Assembly (NCBI GenBank): GCA_046497275.1
Contig: JAWOFX010000011.1
Coordinates: forward strand, 1-6,547
DNA length: 6,547 bases
Origin: Promethearchaeia archaeon
GTDB lineage: Archaea > Asgardarchaeota > Lokiarchaeia > Sigyniarchaeales > SOKP01
Reading direction: 5' to 3'
Shown: in pieces, positions 1 through 5,573 of the stretch
Layout of the letters: each line of letters starts with the position of its first letter
Position numbering within the stretch: the first letter of the stretch is position 1
Translations under genes and position numbers: made by a program
The notes under the pieces: generated by a model
The model's input: only the letters and a program-made list of their open reading frames with translations
Told to the model about the DNA's origin: nothing
Database searches by the model: none

Positions 1-66
1 AATTCAACTAAGATTAAAATAAACTAATTAGGAAATGAACATATTTTAGAAATTTAAATTTTTATC

Positions 67-1650
67 ATGATAAAAAAGAATTATGAATATAAATGGATTT
101 TTGAAGCTCCTGAAGCTATTTTGGCTTGCAAAGTTTTAAAATGTAATGAAAACTTATATCTTGTCTTTGGAGGGCATGATAAAAGTCTTTACATTATGGA
201 TCTTGAGATGAATATCATTGATTCTATTGAATTCGACGGATGGCTTAGATGTATTTATGCCATTGATATAGATAGAGATAATTGTGATGAAATTTTAGCT
301 GGAACAGGAGATGGTAATTTTCTCGTAATAAAATTCGATGAAAAACCAGAAAAATTGGTTGGATTAAAACATTATATAACCAATGGAAAAGTTTTATGTT
401 GCACTGCAGCAGATATAACTAGAAATGGACATCTTGAATTAATTATTGGAGGAGATAATAATAAACTTGAAATTTTTAAAGATTTCCTATCAAAATCTCC
501 AAAATTTATACAATATTATGAATCTTGGGTAACAGCATGTAACACTGGGTTATTAAAGCTTCAAAACATCACCACACCCATTATGGGTTTAATAATTGGA
601 ACTAAAAAGGGATTAATTCAACTAATACATATAGAAAATGATGATCTCAAAATCTATTGGCATAAAGACTTGAACGGTAAAATAAATGACATTCAAATCG
701 CTGATATTAACCATGATGGGGATAATGAAATAATTATATGTTCAGATGATTTCCAAATTAAGATATTTAATAGTAATGGTGATTGTTTAGATTCTATTTA
801 TGTTTCAAATGGAAGACCTTTATCCTTATTAATAGAAGATGTAGATGGGGATAATTCAAATGAAATAATTGCAGGCTGTGCGAATGGAAATTTATGTGTC
901 TATCAAAATATCGGTGAAAACTCTGTTAATTTTGAATTAAAATGGAGTGCAAAAGCAAAATCTTCTATTCAAGATATTTCTTGTATAAAGAAAGACGCAG
1001 AAAGCTTAAAACAAGTTATATTTGGTGGATATGATAGAACTATAAGAAATATTGTAGATTTTGAATGGGGTGAAAGGAAAAAAATTGATATTCCAAAAAA
1101 AATTTCTCTACCCGAAGTTAAAATATCTTATGAGAAAAATTTAGAATACATGCCCACTAATTTAGATGAATTTATTGAAAAATTAGTTCGAGAAAATATA
1201 TATATAGATGTTGAAAATCTTACAAAAGATTTGGAGAAACTTGGTTATCCTAAAGATCTAATTAAAAAAAAAGTAAACAATTTAATAGAGAACAATCAAT
1301 TAGTCTTAAGAACAAAAAATTTAGATATATGGCATTATATTAAAAAGCTTGACGAATTAAAAATAAAACAAAACACTAAACAATCAGAAACGAAAGTTAT
1401 TGAAAATAAAACGGAAGATCAGCAAGAACTTAAAAATGAGAATCCTAAACTCCTTAAAGATTTAATTATAGAAATATTAAAACAGAAAGGTAACATTTCT
1501 ACAAAAGCAGAATTAATAAATCTGGTTTCTCAAAAAGGATTTCCAAAAAAGAAAATAGAATCACAAATAGACTCTTTAAGCGAAAAAAATATTGTTTTTT
1601 ATTCTCATTCAACCCCTCGGGGATGGTCTTTAAAATCAGACGATGTCTAA
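67..1650 (+). CDS. Seven-bladed beta-propeller protein (FG-GAP-like/WD40-like blades; BBS2/ITFG2-like) with two C-terminal winged-helix repeats
   Basis: 527-aa ORF. Residues ~6-330 split into seven ~40-50 aa blades; four carry the FG-GAP-like loop (DIDRDNCDEILAG, DITRNGHLELIIG, DINHDGDNEIIIC, DVDGDNSNEIIAG) and others end in WD40-like GGHDKSLYIMD / GGYDRTIRNI. Residues ~365-424 and ~462-522 are mutually alignable helix-helix-helix-wing repeats (G[YF]PK..I...[VI]..L.E.N...W) separated by a K/E/Q/N-rich linker. No signal peptide or TM segment is evident. Confidence 0.8.
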   Translation: MIKKNYEYKWIFEAPEAILACKVLKCNENLYLVFGGHDKSLYIMDLEMNIIDSIEFDGWLRCIYAIDIDRDNCDEILAGTGDGNFLVIKFDEKPEKLVGLKHYITNGKVLCCTAADITRNGHLELIIGGDNNKLEIFKDFLSKSPKFIQYYESWVTACNTGLLKLQNITTPIMGLIIGTKKGLIQLIHIENDDLKIYWHKDLNGKINDIQIADINHDGDNEIIICSDDFQIKIFNSNGDCLDSIYVSNGRPLSLLIEDVDGDNSNEIIAGCANGNLCVYQNIGENSVNFELKWSAKAKSSIQDISCIKKDAESLKQVIFGGYDRTIRNIVDFEWGERKKIDIPKKISLPEVKISYEKNLEYMPTNLDEFIEKLVRENIYIDVENLTKDLEKLGYPKDLIKKKVNNLIENNQLVLRTKNLDIWHYIKKLDELKIKQNTKQSETKVIENKTEDQQELKNENPKLLKDLIIEILKQKGNISTKAELINLVSQKGFPKKKIESQIDSLSEKNIVFYSHSTPRGWSLKSDDV

Positions 1651-1695
1651 ATGTAATTTATTAATCTTAAATTTTAATTTAAAATTTCTTATATT
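1650..1695. terminator. Short convergent intergenic region with T/A tracts and an AT-only hairpin (AAATTTTA-ATT-TAAAATTT, 1669-1687); possible bidirectional terminator
   Basis: 44-bp gap between two convergent stop codons; 8-bp AT-only inverted repeat; oligo-T runs on both strands. AT-only palindromes arise easily by chance in this DNA. Confidence 0.3.
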
Positions 1696-2123
1696 TAATC
1701 AAAAAACTTTTCTAATTCCTGTTCGAAAGATTCAAATTTATTTAATTCTGTAAAATCCGCTTCATTATATGATGTAATAAAGTACTGCATAATAGGAGTA
1801 ATTTTTTCAAAAAATTTATCTACATATTTATCTGGATTTCTCTGATTTTCCACTAACCCATACATTATAATCGGTTCTTTTTTGTTGCTATCTCCCGCTT
1901 TTATTTCATTTATTTTAAAGATAAATAGTAAATCCTTCATTTCAAGATACTCAAGGGAACTATTAATAAATGCCTGACTGGCAAAGGTATTAATTGCACT
2001 GATAAAGGCACCTCGTAAATCCTCATCTGTTTCTTTTTTATTAGGTTTGGGAATCTCTCGAAATTTATGTTTTACAAGTACAAAACCCCGAAAAACTAAA
2101 CCTATTTCAAATAAATCCTTCAT
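1695..2123 (-). CDS. Stand-alone longin-fold protein (TRAPP/sedlin-sybindin, AP-sigma or Fuz/Mon1-type longin-like)
   Basis: 142 aa. Predicted element order b1 (EIGLVF), b2 (FVLVKHKF), a1 (DEDLRGAFISAINTFASQAF), b3 (LEYLEM), b4 (LLFIFKI), b5 (IIMYGLV), a2 (DKYVDKFFEKITPIMQYFITSY), a3 (FESFEQELEKFF) matches the longin bb-a-bbb-aa topology and size. The D..L..[AG]F.SAI..FA helix is typical of Asgard longin-like proteins (recalled, not searched). Confidence 0.7.
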   Translation of the reverse strand: MKDLFEIGLVFRGFVLVKHKFREIPKPNKKETDEDLRGAFISAINTFASQAFINSSLEYLEMKDLLFIFKINEIKAGDSNKKEPIIMYGLVENQRNPDKYVDKFFEKITPIMQYFITSYNEADFTELNKFESFEQELEKFFD

Positions 2124-2270
2124 AATGAACGAAAATACTATTATTTATAACGATTGAATCAACGCTTTTTATATTTTTGTAATAAAAAAATAATTCCGCA
2201 TATTTAATTTTATAACCTTTCTTTAAAAAGGGTTCTAAATTATACTAAGTGATTCTTAAGATATATATTA

Positions 2271-2275
2271 GAGGT
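2271..2275 (+). promoter_or_regulatory. Shine-Dalgarno-like GAGGT upstream of the small Cys-rich gene
   Basis: GAGGT at 2271-2275 lies 8 nt before a TTG at 2284, the same geometry as GAGGT 4922-4926 / TTG 4935. Confidence 0.55.
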
Positions 2276-2277
2276 TT

Positions 2278-2481
2278 TTGAAATTGGGGAAAATTTGTAA
2301 ATGGTATTACTGCTGTCCCATTAAATATTATACCGATCGAGGGGAGCTTGATAAGAAATGGGTTGAGAATTATTGCTTAGTTAATAATCATGAATGTGTT
2401 AGGTATCAAATGGAGGAAAGCGGCACCCCTCATCCCAATAATATGCTTCCTAATGGCGAAATAAGAGAAGATTTAAAATAG
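2278..2481 (+). CDS. Small conserved Cys-rich (probable metal/Fe-S-binding) hypothetical protein; true start probably TTG at 2284
   Basis: 67 aa (65 aa from 2284). Pattern CKWYYCCP...G.LD.KW...YC......CVRY.MEE.G..HP..MLPNG matches a small prokaryotic family that I recall often carrying a doubtful 'uracil-DNA glycosylase' label. It is far too short for a UDG fold. SD-like GAGGT upstream. Confidence 0.7.
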   Translation: MKLGKICKWYYCCPIKYYTDRGELDKKWVENYCLVNNHECVRYQMEESGTPHPNNMLPNGEIREDLK

Positions 2482-3153
2482 GATCCGATCTCCCACACAT
2501 ATCTTTTTATAATAATTTGGAAATCGTTTCTTAATTGCTTCAATATGGGAAGTACAATGACACGCTCCGATTATATCTATACCCTCGAGATAGGAATATT
2601 TTCGAAAGCCATGAAAACCTCCTACAACTCCTTTTACTTTACCCATGTCTCGTGCTTTCATTATGAAATTTTCCAGTCCAGGATGGGTGCAACCTACAAT
2701 AATAAAAAAGTCTCTCTCTTTTTTTAGATAGAGTGATTGTTCTTTTATGGAGGATCCAATTTGTCCGGAACTTATCATATTCGTTTCTATTTCATGAGGT
2801 TTACTAACTCCGACAATGTTTTGCTGAGGATACTTTCTTTGAAAGGATTTCAAATTAGCTTTTGGGATAAAAATCTTGACTTCAGGATTTTGAGCCACTA
2901 CATGACTTAATCCCCCACTATGATCAAAGTGTGAATGTGAGATAATCACATTTTTTATGATATCAGTCTCAACATCAAATTGTTGTAGATTATGCAGTAA
3001 AACTCTCCCATCACCACCAGTATCAAATAAGGAATAATTTTGGGTATAAGAATTATAAATCAGAGCAGAAAACCCAAATCCCGTTAAAAATCCTTCCTTA
3101 AAACATTTATTATCAAATAAGATGGATATTTCGAAAGATCTATTTGAATTCAT
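2473..3153 (-). CDS. MBL-fold metallo-hydrolase, DHPS-like (MJ0301-type)/Tflp subfamily
   Basis: 226 aa with LFDTG, the metal motif ISHSHFDHSGGL (HxHxDH), GCTHPG, GGFH and CHCT, the ordered motif set of this MBL subfamily. The substrate cannot be determined from sequence. Confidence 0.9.
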   Translation of the reverse strand: MNSNRSFEISILFDNKCFKEGFLTGFGFSALIYNSYTQNYSLFDTGGDGRVLLHNLQQFDVETDIIKNVIISHSHFDHSGGLSHVVAQNPEVKIFIPKANLKSFQRKYPQQNIVGVSKPHEIETNMISSGQIGSSIKEQSLYLKKERDFFIIVGCTHPGLENFIMKARDMGKVKGVVGGFHGFRKYSYLEGIDIIGACHCTSHIEAIKKRFPNYYKKICVGDRILF

Positions 3154-3272
3154 TTGAATGAATGTATACTATAAATTGATTATAACAAAATTTCTTATAT
3201 AATTGAATAATCATTCTTAATTATTTAATATAGCATATTGGACTAACTCTTATCATTTTCTCGAAACTTTAT

Positions 3273-3425
3273 TTAGAACTGCAAAATATCTCCAACAAAA
3301 ATTTCTTTACTATGGTTTGGAAATCTGCTAAAAAATTCTTCTCTATATTGAGTAAAATGACAAGGATAAATATTATCAATATGTTCTAATGCCCAAAACA
3401 TTCTAAAACCATGAAAACCCCCAAC
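3273..3425 (-). pseudogene. C-terminal remnant (50 codons + stop) of a second MBL-fold hydrolase, paralogous to 2473..3153
   Basis: Minus-strand translation VGGFHGFRMFWALEHIDNIYPCHFTQYREEFFSRFPNHSKEIFVGDILQF* aligns without gaps to the last 50 aa of the neighbouring MBL gene (VGGFHGFRKYSYLEGIDIIGACHCTSHIEAIKKRFPNYYKKICVGDRILF*): 27/50 identical, stop in the same position. It lacks the N-terminal HxHxDH half and is absent from the ORF track. Confidence 0.85.
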
Positions 3426-3472
3426 TTCCTCTTTAATAAAATAATTATTATTTCCAATCCTTTTTTTCCTAA

Positions 3473-4267
3473 TTATTTCTTTATTAATTTAATTGCATTA
3501 TTTGGACATTTTGATATACATATGCCACATCCAAAGCAAAAATGAGGGTCAAATTCCAATTTATCTTTATTACTTTGTCTAGCATTAAAATAACACCAAT
3601 CTACACAATCTCCACATCCATTACAAACTGATAAATTTGTCTCAGAAATAAAATTACTTTTTATCATTTGAGGAGAACCCGATTTGAGAAACTTTTTCAA
3701 CACCACGCAACAACATGGACAGCAATTACAAATAACATAATAAAAATCAGGGTTTGGAAAATAAATAAGTTGATGGATGAGTCCTATATCATCACATTCT
3801 TCTAAGAGTTTAATAATCTCCTTCTTATCTACTTTTTTAAGATTCTCAGATTTATAGGGAATTTCATACAGAGACTGTCCAAAACTGATATGAATACATG
3901 TCTTAAGTGGATGATTACAATTAGGTTCATTAAATGCTCTTTGGATCATTCTGCAATAACAGTAAGAGACACCAGTTATATTTGATCTTTTAATGATTTC
4001 CAATATTTCTTCAGTTGGGCTGAATTTTGTCCTCAGAGGGATATTTCGATTTAATGGTACAACTCTTCCGCCCCATCTTCCATGTAAAAGGTGTTTATCT
4101 ATAATACCTAAAGAGTAGATTTTGAAACGAACATTCAATCTCCTAAAAAGTTCAAGAATCGGTAATTCTAATAAACCGACAATCGAAGTTACAATTTTTC
4201 CAAGTAATGGAATTCGAGCTAATAACGAATCTAAAATTTTTCCTATAGTTTTTCTTGAAGAGCGCAT
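3473..4267 (-). CDS. Iron-sulfur protein: C-terminal 2x[4Fe-4S] ferredoxin domain plus a Cys-rich middle domain (CxC, CNCCxCCC)
   Basis: 264 aa with CNGCGDCVDWC and CFGCGICISKCP ferredoxin motifs, and upstream YCYCR, CNHPLKTC and ICNCCPCCC (19 Cys in total). This architecture is known from anaerobic bacteria and archaea; function unassigned. Confidence 0.85.
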   Translation of the reverse strand: MRSSRKTIGKILDSLLARIPLLGKIVTSIVGLLELPILELFRRLNVRFKIYSLGIIDKHLLHGRWGGRVVPLNRNIPLRTKFSPTEEILEIIKRSNITGVSYCYCRMIQRAFNEPNCNHPLKTCIHISFGQSLYEIPYKSENLKKVDKKEIIKLLEECDDIGLIHQLIYFPNPDFYYVICNCCPCCCVVLKKFLKSGSPQMIKSNFISETNLSVCNGCGDCVDWCYFNARQSNKDKLEFDPHFCFGCGICISKCPNNAIKLIKK

Positions 4268-4308
4268 GCTTTTTTAATACACTTATTAACTTCTTTAACT
4301 AAGTAATA

Positions 4309-4341
4309 TAAAATGCAATTAATTATTTTTCTTGCATTTTA
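4309..4341. promoter_or_regulatory. Perfect 10-bp inverted repeat TAAAATGCAA-N13-TTGCATTTTA in the divergent promoter; candidate operator
   Basis: Arms at 4309-4318 and 4332-4341 are exact reverse complements. They lie in the 97-bp gap between the divergent 4Fe-4S gene (start 4267, -) and the first C_GCAxxG_C_C gene (start 4365, +). Confidence 0.5.
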
Positions 4342-4364
4342 ATTTTTAAAAATAGGCTTTTTAC

Positions 4365-4883
4365 ATGGTAGATTTTAAAGAAGAAATTTTAAATAAAGCA
4401 AAAGAATTGGGCATAAAATATGAGCAAAAATGTACTGGATGTGCTCAAACTGCGATTGCCGCTATATTTGAAGCATTGGGAATATGGAATGATGATGTTT
4501 TTAAATCTGCGAGTGGTTTAGCAGATGGATTAGGATTGACAGGGGATGGTGCTTGTGGTGCATTAGTAGGCGCATCTATGATAATTGGTTATTTATTTGG
4601 AAGAGAAAAGGAACATTTTAAAGATATGTATAAACCTATGAAATCCTATAAGCTTGTGAAAGAACTTCACGATAAATATATTCAAAAATATGGGACTTGC
4701 CGATGTTATGATGTCCAAACCGCAACGATGGGTCGTACATTTAATTTATGGGATAAAAATGGAATGAAAGAGGCAATAAAATTTGGAATGATGGAAAATT
4801 GTTCAAAAATTGTTGGAGATGTTGCGAAAATGGCGACTGAAATTATTCTTAATAATGGATTCTCTCCCAAAAGTCAAGATTAA
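4365..4883 (+). CDS. C_GCAxxG_C_C family putative redox-active protein (copy 1)
   Basis: 172 aa with CTGCAQ, GLADGLG, GACGALVG, KYGTCRC and a terminal NCSKIV helix: the four-Cys signature and CGAxxG motif of PF09719/TIGR01909. Confidence 0.9.
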   Translation: MVDFKEEILNKAKELGIKYEQKCTGCAQTAIAAIFEALGIWNDDVFKSASGLADGLGLTGDGACGALVGASMIIGYLFGREKEHFKDMYKPMKSYKLVKELHDKYIQKYGTCRCYDVQTATMGRTFNLWDKNGMKEAIKFGMMENCSKIVGDVAKMATEIILNNGFSPKSQD

Positions 4884-4921
4884 CAATAGAAGTAAAATAA
4901 TCATAAAAATAAAGAAAAGAA

Positions 4922-4926
4922 GAGGT
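4922..4926 (+). promoter_or_regulatory. Shine-Dalgarno-like GAGGT for the second C_GCAxxG_C_C gene
   Basis: GAGGT 8 nt upstream of the TTG start at 4935, within a 51-bp intergenic gap. Confidence 0.6.
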
Positions 4927-4934
4927 TTTAAATA

Positions 4935-5447
4935 TTGTCAGAGGATATACAAAAAAAATTTGATGAAAAAGTTAAAGAACTTAAAGGTTCCTTACCCGAA
5001 CTTAGGAAAGGAGTTAACTGTTGTGAATTAACTTTTACCAGTATATTAGATATTTTAGGAGTGGACAATTATATGTTTCATAATCTCGCTATGCCCTTGG
5101 CAGGAGGTTTTGGAGGATATAAATCTAAAGGAGGATGGCAAGGGGCATGTGGAGCTGTTATTGGTGCTTGTGCTGCAATTGGTATTATTATGGGTGGAGA
5201 TAAGAAAATGGATCCCGTAACAATGTCTATGGCTTATCTTAAGGCATCTAAATATTGCACTGAGTTTGAAGAGAAATTTGGTACTGTGGTTTGCGCAGAT
5301 TTATGTGGGTATGATTTTAGTGATCCAAAAGGAATGCAAAATTACCAAGAAAATGATGTTTGGAAAAAAACTTGTTATAAATTTGTAGTATGGGCTGTCG
5401 ATAGGGTGCGAAAAATAACAAGAAAAGATCTCAAGAGAAAATGGTAA
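4935..5447 (+). CDS. C_GCAxxG_C_C family putative redox-active protein (copy 2)
   Basis: 170 aa with TTG start and SD; NCCE, LAGGFGG, GACGAVIG, KFGTVVC and terminal TCYKFV give the same four-Cys framework as copy 1. Confidence 0.9.
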   Translation: MSEDIQKKFDEKVKELKGSLPELRKGVNCCELTFTSILDILGVDNYMFHNLAMPLAGGFGGYKSKGGWQGACGAVIGACAAIGIIMGGDKKMDPVTMSMAYLKASKYCTEFEEKFGTVVCADLCGYDFSDPKGMQNYQENDVWKKTCYKFVVWAVDRVRKITRKDLKRKW

Positions 5448-5573
5448 AATTGGATATGCTTATAATAAATCTTAAAACTTAAATTAAATTGATTTCATCA
5501 TAATTATATATTAAAATGTTTTTATATTATTCTGAGATAAAAGTATGAATTAATAGTATACAGGCGAATTATT

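Noticed and set aside
2545-2727. 60-aa plus-strand ORF (MGSTMTRSDY...)
   Set aside because: It lies entirely antisense within the well-supported MBL hydrolase gene and has no recognisable motif; a shadow ORF.
2473-3153. Calling the MBL protein a beta-lactamase or a definite dihydropteroate synthase
   Set aside because: The motifs support only subfamily membership; substrate specificity cannot be read from the sequence.
3473-4267. Possible Tat export signal on the 4Fe-4S protein
   Set aside because: The N-terminus is MRSSRK, with no RR-x-FLK consensus; the only RR is at about residue 42, after the hydrophobic stretch.
4810-5031. 73-aa plus-strand ORF (MLEMLRKWRL...)
   Set aside because: It is an alternative frame overlapping both C_GCAxxG_C_C genes; its K-rich sequence reflects the A-rich intergenic gap.
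4365-5447. Selenocysteine recoding in the C_GCAxxG_C_C genes
   Set aside because: Both frames have Cys at all motif positions, contain no in-frame TGA and end in TAA.
3223-5470. Similar motif ATATGCT(T)ATA(A/T)TAAAT at 3223-3239 (-) and 5454-5470 (+), each upstream of a gene
   Set aside because: Only 7 bp are exact and the rest is AT-rich; two occurrences are not distinguishable from chance.
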